64,000 nt of DNA, taken from assembly GCA_964016885.1 (NCBI GenBank), contig OZ024753.1, forward strand, positions 30,752,001-30,816,000, written 5' to 3'. Below the pieces are notes generated by a model. It was not told the DNA's origin. It worked only from the letters and a program-made list of their open reading frames with translations, and did not search any database. Shown in pieces: positions 25,938 through 38,444 of the stretch (position 1 is the first letter of the stretch; each line of letters begins with the position of its first letter). The stretch is from Eledone cirrhosa (Eukaryota). The position numbers and the translations under genes are program-made.

Positions 25938-27029
25938 TATAGAGAGAGATAGATATATACATACATAGAGAGTGAGAGAGTGAGTAAGATTTAGGAGATG
26001 GTGTTATAGAAAATAAATACTGTGAGTTTTTAGATAGAAAAATGGTGCTAACAGATTAAAAAAAAAGAAGTATTTGCAATCCTAGTAAAAACTAACCATA
26101 ATAAAAAAGGAAGAGATAATATTACTGTAATGAATAGTAGGGGATCACATTTTTTTTTTTAAAAGCTAGCATGAACTCTTCTTCCTCCTCCTCCTTGTTT
26201 ATGTCACCTGAAAGAGGTGTTTGAGGAATCAATGGCTGTTGTGTACTCAGTTGACTGGTGCAGAGAAGTGTGTGCTTGGTTTTTAAGATCAAGGACAAGT
26301 CGAGGACATAGGCAAAGCAGGTGCACCATTATGCACCCCTCCTTCCCTTCTCCCGCCAGTATATGGGAGAAAGACAGATGAAGGGTTACAGCCAATGAGG
26401 ATACAATGGTTTGTCGTCACGTTTACAGCATAGTTCAGTCAGGGTGGTGGGTAAGGAGATGGTATCAAAGTTATTGTGGACATTTTTTTAGGAACATGTA
26501 TGTATGTATGTATGTATGGTCCCATAACTCCTGATAGAGTCAGAGGGGTAGAGTATTGACATACAACGTTTTGGGGACATTTTAAGCCTGGCAGAGCCTA
26601 TCCCTCTTCGGCCTGAGTACAGCACATTTCTTCCAGAGAAAGATAGAAAGTGAGAGAGAGGAAAAAATGAGAAAAAGATTTAGAGGAAGAATCGACCCCA
26701 GTACTAGACTGGTACTTTTTTTATCGACCTCGAAAGGATGAAAAGCAAAGTTGACCTCAACGGGATTTGAACTCTGAGAGCGGAGAGCCAAAACAAACAC
26801 TGCAAAGCATTCTATCCAATGTTTTAACAACTCTGTCAATTCACCACCTTTTCCAGGAACATATTCATAGATAATTCAAATATATTAACTAGGAATATAA
26901 GGGAAGTGAAACTACTACAACCAGGAACTGATGATAACGGGAGGTTGTGAGCTCATTCATGAGTAGCCAACTTCTTACTCTACAGCTATATTGTTATCAT
27001 CTAGATTAAATATTTATACTGCTGTCATT

Positions 27030-27358
27030 ATCAGCATTTTGTTGAAAGATGGGTGAGAGAGGCAACCATCGCCCGAGTGAATGGTTCTACACTGAGTATG
27101 CGCCTGTAAATTGAAGGTGGAAAACTGGGAGAGGACACTTGCCCTGGTGGTCAGGGTCACCGTGGCTTTTTTAATGGGTTTTCTCCACGAATGTCTCTTG
27201 GAAGTCTCCCCCTCCCCCCTATTGGGGAATTTTTTCAGTGTTTCTTTTTTTGTTACATCCTCTGTTTTTTTTTTTTTACATGCAGAAATGCCCATTTGTA
27301 TTGTCCTGTGTTCTGAATGTTTTACTTTGTGTCAACCTTTGTGGTTAATAAAGAAAAC
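27030..27358 (+). mobile_element. Probable L1/Tx1-like LINE 3' end with polyadenylation signal
   Basis: ORF end FVERWVR..ARVNGSTLSMRL*, T-rich 3' UTR, AATAAA near 27346. Clade assignment is inference. Confidence 0.45.
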
Positions 27359-27824
27359 ATTATCATCAATATCACTATATTTCTATTTATTATTATTAGT
27401 ATTAGTATTATTATCTATATAGACATCTCCATTCAGATTAGACAAGTTCATTGATTATTTTGGAATGGATTGCTGTCACTTTTGATCTTGAGTGTTCCAA
27501 TTGTTGATTAATGGAACAGCCCGATCATGAAATTAACGTATAAGTGACTGAGCATTCCACAAATACGTGTACCCTTAACGTAATTCTCAGGGAGATTCAG
27601 CATGATACAGTCTGTAACAAGGATGGCCCTTTGTTGAATTACAAGTACAGTCCATCCGATAGACTTCCAAACAGTTTCTGTCTGCCCAAATTTAACTCAT
27701 AAGTCATGGGTTGACCCAAGGCCCTGGTAAATGACACTTGCTCAATATGCCATGCAGTGGGATCAGACCCCGGATTAAATTAATGAGAAGTGGGCTTCTT
27801 AACTATTTGGCAATGCTGGGTCCA

Positions 27825-28040
27825 CAACTTGGAACATTTCTGAATAGGCTGTTCTGTCAATTGAACAACTTGGAACACTCATGAGCAGGCTGTTCTGTCA
27901 ATTGAACAACTTGGAACACTCATTGGCTGGCTGTTCTATCGATTTGAACAATTGGAAAATTCCTGAGCAGGCTGTTCTATCAATTGAACATGGAACAGTC
28001 CTGAATAAGCTGTTCTGTCAATTGAACAACTGGAGAACTC
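27825..28040. repeat. ~41-bp degenerate tandem repeat, ~5 copies
   Basis: Unit CAACTTGGAACACTCATGAGCAGGCTGTTCTGTCAATTGAA, antisense to the SINE end at 27488-27530. Confidence 0.85.
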
Positions 28041-28544
28041 ACCGTTAAGACCGACTAAAGTCCATTCCTGTTCCAATTACTTTGAAATCAAGGAAAGAAA
28101 AAATGTTTTAGCATATGTCACATTTTCTAGTAAATGGCAGGGAATGAAAGAGATGAGAGAAAGAATATAAATCCATAGTAATCACCATGGATGGTGCCAG
28201 TCAGATGTAATGAAGTTTTTAAAACGGTGAAATACCAGTTGTTTAATATCAGTTGGCTCATTTGTTTTTGTTGGACTTTTGTTGTTATTTTTACATATAC
28301 CATATGAAAAGGGATGAGAATGTCATAATGATATTTTAGGGTAATTAGTAGATTGGTAAGACATATATCGTTGGAGATGGAGATGGTATGAAATTATTGA
28401 CATCATCATCATCATCATCGTCATCACCACCACTAACACTGCTGGTTGATTTGTGGGTAAACGACACTGGCACATGCACACCCATACTCTTTCTACATGC
28501 ACACACACTCTTCCCCATACACATACACTATTTCTAAGTGAAAT

Positions 28545-28725
28545 AATTGTTTGCACAAGGCCAGAAATTACCCAGTACATTACTGGTACTTTATTTTATC
28601 GACCCCGTAAGGATGAAAGGCAAAGTTAACCTCGGCGGGATTTGAACTCAGAATGGCAAGGGCCGTAACTCTATGCGTCAAAGCATGGCGTCCGACCCTC
28701 TACCGATACTGCCAATCCACCGCCC
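28545..28725 (-). mobile_element. SINE family A with 17-bp TSD
   Basis: TSD TTTCTAAGTGAAATAAT at 28531 and 28726. Confidence 0.92.
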
Positions 28726-28838
28726 TTTCTAAGTGAAATAATAAAGCTTTGAAAACATCTTGGAATGAGCCACAGTATCTACATATTTTTCATGTTTTCC
28801 AAATCATGTTTAGAATATCACTTGCAAACCACAATTGT

Positions 28839-29034
28839 TTAACCCTTTAGCCCATTACTCTATAATTACCATTATATTTTTATGTGAAAGGCTTTATCTC
28901 ATGAGATTTTGATATGATTTATTTTGAGAACAATACCTTAACATCAGTATGAGCAGCCGGTTACAGCTGGTTTGAACAGAAAGAGGTGAGATAATTCTGG
29001 CCGGATATGGTTGGTTTAAATGCTAAATGGTTAA
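28839..29034 (+). mobile_element. piggyBac-like MITE
   Basis: TTAACCCTTTAGC ... GCTAAATGGTTAA; body matches 13441-13658. Confidence 0.8.
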
Positions 29035-30633
29035 GACATTTTAGGTCATCCATGATACCAAACTGTCTGAAACCACCCTTGGTTCTTCTATGCAAATCTA
29101 TTTGATAGCACCACTATCATCATAACCACCATCATCATAATCATCATCATCACTTTACGTCCGTTCCACGCTTGCATGGTTTATATCTATCTAAAAACTT
29201 TACATCATAAATTTTCTGATATGTTTCAAACACCAGCTTAACGAGAAAGTTAGTTATATTACCAAATTCCTCCAAATTCTTGATTATTTTCAAAATTATT
29301 TGAAAAATCATAGACAGTGTTTTGCATGGTAATAAAATGGCTACGGTACCCTGGGGTGAGTTTACTTTAGATTTAATAGTTTTTAGGCAAGCTGGGTCAT
29401 GTTGCTTTGACCTACCATTGTTTTATGACTTGCTATATGAATTCATTTATACCTAACATATTTTTAGATAACCGCTTAGAACCAACATTTTGTGGCAGGG
29501 TTAAGTTATGTCATTTAGACAAGTTGGGTCATGCTGTTGCTTTAATTTCATGTTTTAGGCAACCTCAGGGGTCATGTTAATTACAGCTGGTCGTTTTCTA
29601 ATAGGCTAGCTTATGTCATTCAGACCTAGTATTTATAAGGCAAGCTGGGTCATACTGGGTCATGTTGCTCAGATGTAATATTTCTGCTAGTCTCTAGCTT
29701 GTCTCAGACAATAAATTTGTGTAATGTTTCATCAGAGCACATAAAACTTAACATTACCAGGCTTTGTATGTATGATCATGTCGCTTAGACTTATTGTTTT
29801 ATGGTAGACTAGCTTACATCAATCACCTCCAGTGCTAGTATAGAGGGGAAACAAAAATAGGCATTAAACAAATGACGGTGGTGGTAGTGTTGGGGGTGAT
29901 GGAGATGAGGATGTTGGTGGTGGTGGTGCTGATCATGATGGTGGTGCTGGTGCTGATCATGATAGTGATAGTGGTGGTGGTGGTGATCATGATTATGATC
30001 ATGGTGTTGGTGGTGTTAGTGGTAATGGGAATGATGATGGTGATGTTGATCGCGATGATGATGGTGGTAGTAATAGGGATGATGACGGTGGTGGTGGTGG
30101 TGGTGATAATGGTTTTACACCATTAAATATATTGATAAAGTAATAATATTCAGTATTGATACATTGTATTCTACTGTTTCAAATCCTGGTTATTATCCAA
30201 GAAAGTTGTATATCAAGAAAGTTGGGTAGTTCAAACATTGAAAAAAAAAAAAAAAAAAAAATGAACTTTACATCCCACATCTATGTAGGCTTCCTACAAG
30301 ATTGCATAACACATAGTCTAACCTATGCTAGCGTGGAAAATGAACGTTAAACGAGGATGATGATGATGATGATTTCTTGTGTGTTTTAATGATAAGGTAT
30401 ATCATATTGTTATAGCTAAGACCTATGTAGGTTTAGCTGGTCTTTAATGAGGTTCATATCACAGGAGATTTCTTGTGTGTTTTAATCCTTTGGCTTTTAA
30501 ACCGGCTGTATCTGGCCAGAATTCTCTTCGCTTTTTGCTATTCAAACTGGCCATATCTAGCTACTCATACTGATGTTAATGTATTGTCCTCAAAATAAAT
30601 AATATCAAAATCTCATAGATTTGATACTATGTG

Positions 30634-31527
30634 AGAGTACAGGGAGCTGAAATAATATCATTGGCCCTGAAAGGCAAAGGTAGACCTCATTCAGAGTACA
30701 GGGAGCTGAAATAATATCATTGGCCCTGAAAGGCAAAGGTAGACCTCATTCAGAGTACAGGGAGCTGAAATAATATCATTGGCCCTGAAAGGCAAAGGTA
30801 GACCTCATTCAGAGTACAGGGAGCTGAAATAATATCATTGGCCCTGAAAGGCAAAGGTAGACCTCATTCAGAGTACAGGGAGCTGAAATAATATCATTGG
30901 CCCTGAAAGGCAAAGGTAGACCTCATTCAGAGTACAGGGAGCTGAAATAATATCATTGGCCCTGAAAGGCAAAGGTAGACCTCATTCAGAGTACAGGGAG
31001 CTGAAATAATATCATTGGCCCTGAAAGGCAAAGGTAGACCTCATTCAGAGTACAGGGAGCTGAAATAATATCATTGGCCCTGAAAGGCAAAGGTAGACCT
31101 CATTCAGAGTACAGGGAGCTGAAATAATCATTGGCCCTGAAAGCCAAAGGTAGACCTCATTCAGAGTACAGGGAGCTGAAATAATCATTGGCCTTGAAAG
31201 CCAAAGGTAGACCTCATTCAGAGTACAGGGAGCTGAAATAATCATTGGCCTTGAAAGCCAAAGGTAGACCTCATTCAGAGTACAGGGAGCTGAAATAATC
31301 ATTGGCCTTGAAAGCCAAAGGTAGACCTCATTCAGAGTACAGGGAGCTGAAATAATCATTGGCCCTGAAAGCCAAAGGTAGACCTCATTCAGAGCACAGG
31401 GAGCTGAAATAATCATTGGCCTTGAAAGCCAAAGGTAGACCTCATTCAGAGTACAGGGAGCTGAAATAATCATTGGCCTTGAAAGCCAAAGGTAGACCTC
31501 ATTCAGAGTACAGAGAGCTGGAATAAT
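30634..31527. repeat. 59/57-bp minisatellite (8 x 59 bp, then 7 x 57 bp)
   Basis: AGAGTACAGGG unit starts at 30634, every 59 bp to 31106, then every 57 bp to 31505. Confidence 0.97.
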
Positions 31528-31555
31528 ATATATTTGAAAATTGTGAATCCAAATG

Positions 31556-31706
31556 CAGTAAAAATAGTCATTCACTATAAATAATAGCTTTTGAAAATCA
31601 GGTAAAACACCCTTTAGAGATGGCTGCTGTCACTTTTTTCCACCTCTAATAGATATTTTACTCGATTTTCTAAAGCTATTATTTATAGTGATTGACTGAT
31701 TTTACA
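31556..31706. repeat. Imperfect inverted repeat next to (TA)n
   Basis: TCACTATAAATAATAGCTTT.GAAAATC pairs with GATTTTC.AAAGCTATTATTTATAGTGA. Confidence 0.8.
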
Positions 31707-32185
31707 GTTGTTTTCTACATATATATATATATATATATATGTCATTATCATCATCATCATATATATGTTGGAAAGATAAACTCATTATATTTATAATGAG
31801 AAGATATCTACCAAAGTCTCTGTATCAAGGCTGGAACTGCCACTAAATCCATTACATAAGATTTTAATTTCCTTTGTCAGTGCAGTTCATAGGATTCTGA
31901 TTATCTAATATATTAAAGCTGTTGTATCTTTCATGTAAAACATCTGTTATGCTGGGAAGGGACTGGTAAAAGTGTATGTATGTGTGTGTTGTGTAAATGT
32001 GTATACATTTGAGAAAGAGAGCAGTGTTGGTAGTGGCAACACTGAAATAGTTTTTTAAAATCATATACTGTAACAAGTCTTTATGGAAAGGGGATAGTAA
32101 AAGTGCATGTGTGTGAGAGAGTGAGGGAGAGAGAGAGAGAAAAAAAGAAGGGGAGACAGAGAAAAAAAAAATATATATATTCTAT

Positions 32186-32554
32186 GGAGGTACATGGCTT
32201 AGTGGTTAGAGCATTGGCCTTGCAATCGAAAGGTTGTGAGTTCAATTCTCAGACCGGGTGATGTGTTGTTTCCTTGATCAAGACATTTTATTTCACATTG
32301 CTCCAGAAATGAGATGATAGGGACTGGGATGCCTATCATTCCACTGCAAAGTGGTCGTGGAGGTGCCATGGCAAAAAAGCACCCAGCACTCACTGTAAAG
32401 TGGACGTGGAGGTGACACGACAAAAGAGCACCCAGCACTCACTGTAAATGAGGTTGGTGTTAGGAAGGGCATCCAGCTGTAGAAATCAAGCCAGAATCAG
32501 TTCCCGTCCCACCCTTGCAAGCAGGGAAAAGCGGACGTAAAATGATGATGATGA
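32186..32554 (+). mobile_element. SINE family B
   Basis: Matches 5358-5688, with an internal duplicated block. Confidence 0.9.
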
Positions 32555-32558
32555 TATA

Positions 32559-32765
32559 TATAAAATGGAAAAGGAAAAAATCAGTGATGCATCGGAACTC
32601 AATTTAATACGTATTACAATTGTTTCTCCGGCGATCTGTTTGTGGATCGAACCTGACTCTGGACTCGCAAGTTCCTCAGATACGTCTGGTGATTGTGAAA
32701 GCAAATTCTCTTTCGCATTAAATTGAGTTCAGATGCATCACTGATTCTTCGTTTTCCATTTTATC
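32559..32765. mobile_element. Fold-back element with ~50-bp inverted ends enclosing an HHR motif
   Basis: ATAAAATGGAAAA..AATCAGTGATGCATC.GAACTCAATTTAAT is mirrored at 32717-32764. Confidence 0.75.
32610..32684 (-). ncRNA. Hammerhead ribozyme motif with an extended, imperfect stem II
   Basis: CGTAT-CTGAGGA-[46 nt]-GAAA-CAATTG-TA-ATACG: perfect stem I and palindromic ACAATTGT stem III. Confidence 0.65.
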
Positions 32766-32944
32766 ATATACTGCTCTGAAGCAGCATAGAGTGCTCAACA
32801 GGCATACCGCCTATGGATGCATCCTAGCAACCATACAACATATAAAATAAAATTAAATAAAAAAAATTTTTTGACACTACAAGTAAAGTCATTCTTTTCC
32901 TTTTTATCAAATATACCTGACTGTACCAAGGATCTCACACATTT

Positions 32945-33005
<61 letters not shown>

Positions 33006-33072
33006 CAAGGTTTAGCAAATAAGAAAAAGTTTTAAAATAAATTTTAAAAAGTTCACTGTACCTGCTGTAATT

Positions 33073-33157
33073 ACCCTTACCGTACGATTTCAAGTCTCAA
33101 AATAAATGGATAATCCATACGGAAATCCATTGAAAAGAAAGACTTTCGTCAGAGGGT
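33073..33157 (-). ncRNA. Hammerhead ribozyme with intact core and long stem II
   Basis: ACCCT-CTGACGA-AAGTCT..AATGGAT..ATCCATT..AGACTT-GAAA-TCGTACGG-TA-AGGGT; lies between (TA)n tracts. Confidence 0.8.
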
Positions 33158-33246
33158 TCTTTTCGCTCGGAGAATATAAAATTCCCGATTTCAAATCACG
33201 AACTGGCGCCATACAAAACTGTTCCCAAGATTATATATATATATAT

Positions 33247-33405
33247 ATAGGAACGAGTAGGACCCCGACGGCTGAGCTCAAGCCGTTTTGACGGCTAATT
33301 CTGCTGTCGGGGTCCTACTCGTTCCTATTACCCACTCTACTACCCTAAGTATTGAGTACTTTGGTGCGTTATGGTCCACCTGGTTCCTTACCACATTTCC
33401 TTCGT
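33247..33405 (-). mobile_element. PLE-like fold-back remnant (family also at 41108-41215)
   Basis: Arms ATAGGAACGAGTAGGACCCCGAC / GTCGGGGTCCTACTCGTTCCTAT; AGTACTCAATAC motif on the minus strand; HHR 3' half AAAACGGC..GCCGTC. Confidence 0.6.
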
Positions 33406-33538
33406 TATATATATATATATATAGAGGGAGAGAGAGAGAGAGATAATGGTGGTTTTGGTGGTAGCAGTGGACAATGCTGAAGTTTTGTCTTTTCTAAACC
33501 CAGACAATTATATATATATGTGTGTGTATATATATATA

Positions 33539-33570
<32 letters not shown>

Positions 33571-34411
33571 ACTGATAAATGAAACATTTAAAATGTGATA
33601 TTGATCTTTAATAATTGGTGGTTGTATCCAATTAAACCATAGAATTCCGACAGGGTCAGCTAGTTTATATTATTAGTGACTACACCATGTTAGTCGCTAG
33701 TAGTATATTATAATAATAATACTGAAGTCAGTCAGTCAGTCATTACAAGATTTAATTATGAGGTAGGAAGAAGTAGTTTTAGGCTATAACAACTACTTAT
33801 ACTACTGCTGCTGCTGCTGCTGCTGTATTGATTAGTTGATTGATTGGTTTAGTTGAACAAGTTGAATAATTACCTAACACAAATTAACTTTGACTTGAAA
33901 TATAACAAATTCCTCCTCTTCCCCCTCTTCTCCTTCTTCCTCATCATAATCATCCCTCCCTCCTTCCCTCATATAAAATTCTCTCCTCCCCCGCATTATC
34001 ATTCCTCCCTCCTTCCCTCACCTACCATTCCCCTCCTCCTCATCATCATCATCCCTCCCTTCAATCTTCACCTAACACCCCCCTCCTCCTCCTCAGCATC
34101 ATCCCTCCCTTCAATCTTCACCTAACACCCCCCCCCTCCTCCTCCTCCTCAGCATCATCCCTCCCTTCAATCTTCACCTAACATTCCCTCCTCCTCCTCA
34201 TCATCATCATCCCTCCCTCCCTCCCTTCATCTAACATTCCTTCCTCCTCCTCCCACACTGCCTCTAACACTGCCTCTCCTCTTCCATTATCATTGCCTCT
34301 GCCATCATCATCATCATCATCATTATCATCACCACCATCACCACCACCATCATCCTTTCATCCTCATATTCCATTCTTCACCATTCACCCCCTCACACTT
34401 CTCACTATTCC

Positions 34412-34593
34412 TGGCAGAGGGTCGGTAGAGGGTCGGACGCCATGCTTTGACGCATAGAGTTATGGCCCTTGCCATTCTGAGTTCAAATCCCGCCAAGGTT
34501 AACCTTGCCTTTCATCCTTACGGGGTCGGTAAAATAAAGTACCAGTAATGCACTGGGTAATTGCTGGCCTTGTGCCAAAAGTAGAAACAATTA
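34412..34593 (+). mobile_element. SINE family A
   Basis: Matches 16341-16530. Confidence 0.9.
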
Positions 34594-34818
34594 TCAATAT
34601 TAAATTTTGATTTCATTTTTTTTTTTTGTTTTGGTAAAAAGTAAAGTTATTTTTGACTACAGTTCAACAGAGGATGGTAGTGAAATGGTAGTTATATGGT
34701 AGACTGCTATGGATACTGAATGGTTAAGAAGTTTTTAATTTCCAGGTGTGGCATCTTTTGACCGTAGTTTCGTGTTGACCCAAGCTTTGATCATCATCAT
34801 AATCATCATCATCATTGT

Positions 34819-35037
34819 TTAACCCTTTAGCATTTAAACCGGCCAGAATTCTCTCACCTCTTTCTGTTCAAACCAGCTGTAACCGGCCTCTCATACATAT
34901 GTTAAGGTAATGTTCTCAAAATAAATAATATCAAAATCTCATAAATTCGATATTATGTAAGATAATTATGTAATATAAAGCCTTTACCTAAAAAATACAA
35001 TAGTATATATAGAGTAATGTAAATGTTAAAGGGTTAA
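34819..35037 (-). mobile_element. piggyBac-like MITE
   Basis: TTAACCCTTTAGCATTTA ... TAAATGTTAAAGGGTTAA. Confidence 0.85.
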
Positions 35038-35290
35038 TGTCTATTTTCCATGATTGCATAGGTTAGACAGGTTGTCACATTATGAGACAAGTCAGGTCCA
35101 GAGACTATGTCTTGCTCATACAGATCTGTATTTTGGGTTGGTTTCTACAGCTGGATGCTCTTCCAAACACCAACCACATTACGATGTGGTCTGGGTGTTT
35201 ATGAAATTAAATAGATGAGCCTGTTGAATGGACGGACCCTATAATTCAAAGGTTAACTCTTCGTATTGATAACTGCATTGTTTCTTTCCA

Positions 35291-35375
35291 GGGACTATGT
35301 TGAGAAATAAACCTCATTTGGTCATTTCATGAGAGTATCTTGGTCAGCCTATGGACGTTTCAGCTGACCCTTGTA
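35291..35375. mobile_element. mariner-like terminal fragment (opposite-orientation copy at 55158-55240)
   Basis: GGGACTATGTTGA.AAATAAACCT..GAGTATCTT.GTCAGCCTATG matches the reverse complement of 55158-55240. Confidence 0.6.
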
Positions 35376-35562
35376 AATAAATGAGGATAGGTTTAAAATA
35401 GGTACACCATATGTCTGCAGGTTTTAAGAAGGTTGGTACCAGGTAGAGCATCTGGCCATAAAACATTCCCTCAAAAAGGATCTCACGATGAGTGCGAAAC
35501 CTGACATGGGGCTCAGCACACTTAAAGCTAAACCTTACTTTAGAAAGGGCAATGGCTTTAAA

Positions 35563-35601
<39 letters not shown>

Positions 35602-35603
35602 AA

Positions 35604-35645
<42 letters not shown>

Positions 35646-35647
35646 AA

Positions 35648-35689
<42 letters not shown>

Positions 35690-35691
35690 AA

Positions 35692-35745
<54 letters not shown>

Positions 35746-36481
35746 CAGGGTTTCTGGAAGGTTCCTCTAAAGTATTTCTCTTCATGTGTAATGATATACT
35801 GGCAACGTTCCCCTATTACCCTTTCTCTCCCTCTCTTTATGTCTCTCTCTCTTCTTTTCCCAAATTCATCATTGAAATATTTAATCTCAGCTCTACAAGT
35901 AAATGAAAGGCTTGTCTGTTTATAAAAAAGATAAGCAGGGGCAGGTAGATATATTGATAAGGGATACAACTAACACTTTTCTTTTATATTTCACTAGGAG
36001 TGAAAACAAAAGAATCAACATAACGCATCGGATTGTAATCTTTTATATTAATAATATAATGTATTGTATATTGTACTAGAGTGTATTGTGCTCTTGGACA
36101 CAATTCATTATTAATCCCTTAGCTACAAAAATAAGTATGGCTCCAATTTATTTCATAGTAGTGCATCCATTTACAAAATTATTGTTTCAGAAATTCATAT
36201 GCAATGTATGAAATATTTACGCAACTACCCTAATGCATATAGCATAGAAAAAATATGAAAAGAACTAAAGTATGGCCTGTCATATGATGAGTTATTTTGA
36301 GAGTTTATTTTTGCCACTGCAGATGTTAATAATACCAGGTAATGTTACAGAGGTAAAATAATTATAATTTCATGGTACTTACATATATAAATCTAGAGCA
36401 TGACCTGTTATATGACTGGTAATTTTGGGAGTATATTGTTGTCATGGTAACTTTTTTAAAAATAATTTCATGGTGCTTATA

Positions 36482-37150
36482 TAAAGTGTGTTCAAAAAGT
36501 GTTTGACCTTTAGGTATAAAAAAAACAAAACAATTTTGTACATTTCACAAATTTTATTTAATCATCTTCAAAATACTCTCCTTGGGAGTTCACACTCCTC
36601 TCCTAGTGGTTCTGCCACTGCTGGTGACCCCTCTGGAATGCCTTTTTTGGAATGATATGGAGCTCCGCTGTTGCTTTTCTCATAATTTTTTTCCTCTCGC
36701 GACTCGAATCACTTCTCCTTCAGTGTGATTTTCAAATTGGGGAAGAGCCAAAAATTACACAGTGCTAAGTTGGGAGATTAGGGAACCTGTTCAACAAGTG
36801 GTGTGTTGTTCTTGACCAGGAAAGCTTGGATTGTGTGGTTGGAATGAGTGGGTTCATGGTTGTGGTGAAGTTGCCAATTATTTGCTGCCCACATGTCTGG
36901 CTGCTTTCAATAGACTGCATCACAGAGGAGCTATATAACCTCCAGGTAGTATTCCTTATTGATTGTTTGGCTTTGTGGTGCATATTCACGATGCTCGATA
37001 CCACAGGAGTCAAAGAAACAGGTCAACATTAGCTTCACACTGTTGTGAACCTGTCGTGCTTTTTTTTGGGCCCTGGTGATAACAGATGCTTCCATCGGGA
37101 GGACTGGAACTTGGTTTCTGGGCTGTAACCATAAGCCTATATCTCATCAC
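36482..37150 (-). pseudogene. Degraded mariner transposase C-terminus and terminus
   Basis: HHDNEPTH..FLVKNNTPLVEQVP*SPNLALCNFWLFPNLK..SQGEYFE, a decayed form of the mariner YSPDLAPxDFxLF motif; contains stops and frameshifts. Confidence 0.88.
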
Positions 37151-37927
37151 GATCCATTAATTTTATTCCCCTCTAGTTGCTCCTTTCTAGAGCATCACCT
37201 TTTCCCTTGTAGCAATTAAGGATTATGCTGCTGTACCAGTCATTGAGTATGGCCCTATGCTTGGAATAGTTGACATAAAAATGGGGATTATATATATGTA
37301 TATATACATTGTGGCAGATAGTCAGTATCATTTGTCTATTATTTCTCCATAGTTACATTTTAAACTTATAGCATCGTTTAAATGATTTTTTATGTGGTTG
37401 ATTTATACGGACTAGGAGAGGAAATACTGTATATATTTTATCTAATAGTTCTTCAAACTTGCAATTTTATATATAGCTCTGCTTAATTAATTCTTCATTG
37501 AGCCACACCATGAAAGGTAGCCAAACTCATATATGTATCTGTGACTATGTCTAATTATATATATATATATACCTTTGAATTTAATATACATATATATATA
37601 GGTAACACGGTAAAAAGGTAACACAGTGAAAATGTCGGTGTTAGGAAGGGCATCCAGCCGTAGAAAACCTGCCAGATAGTCCTATACGAGCAAGACACGG
37701 TCACCCGACCAATCTTGCCTCAAGTGGGAGAACTCCCGTCTAACCCATGCTAGCGTGGAAGATAGACGTTAAATGATGATGATGATGTTGATGATTATAT
37801 ATATATAAATGGAAAAGATTGAAACAAAATTTCATTTCTCACTCTTAGTACGGCTGGTACTTAAATGTAAGTATGTATGTATACGTACATATATATATAC
37901 ATACATGCACACATATATATATGTACT

Positions 37928-38274
37928 GGAGGCACATGGCTTCGTGGTTAGAGCATTGGCCTTGCAATCGAAAGGTTGTGAGTTCAATTCTCAGACCGGG
38001 TGATGTGTTGTTTCCTTGAGCAAGACACTTTATTTCACATTGCTCCAGTTTACTCAGCTGTAGAAATGAGATGATAGGGACTGAGGTCCCTATCATTCCA
38101 CTGCAAAGTGGTCGTGGAGGTGCCACGGCAAAAAGGCACCCAGCACTCACTGTAAATGAGGTTGGTGTTAGGAAGGGCATCCAGCTGTAGAAATCAAGCC
38201 AGAATCAGTTCCTGTCCCACCCTTGCAAGCAGGGAAAGGTGGACGTAAAATGATGATGATGATGATGATGATGA
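37928..38274 (+). mobile_element. SINE family B with (ATG)n tail
   Basis: Matches 5358-5688. Confidence 0.92.
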
Positions 38275-38329
38275 CGTATGGGTTTACCGAACATTTATTA
38301 TAATGCTCGGTTTGTTTGTAAACAAACAG

Positions 38330-38444
38330 CCCAAATTACGCCGTACAGTGTTCAGGCAACCATCGTCACCTATATATATATATATATATATATATAATTA
38401 GGTGACGATGGTTGCCTGAACAATGTACGGCGTAATTCAGGCTA
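38330..38444. repeat. Inverted repeat with a (TA)n loop
   Basis: AATTACGCCGTACA.TGTTCAGGCAACCATCGTCACCTA pairs with TAGGTGACGATGGTTGCCTGAACA.TGTACGGCGTAATT. Confidence 0.9.

Noticed and set aside
14276-31527. CRISPR-like appearance of the 20-, 51-, 59- and 100-bp arrays
   Set aside because: Head-to-tail repeats with no unique spacers, no cas genes and a eukaryotic context.
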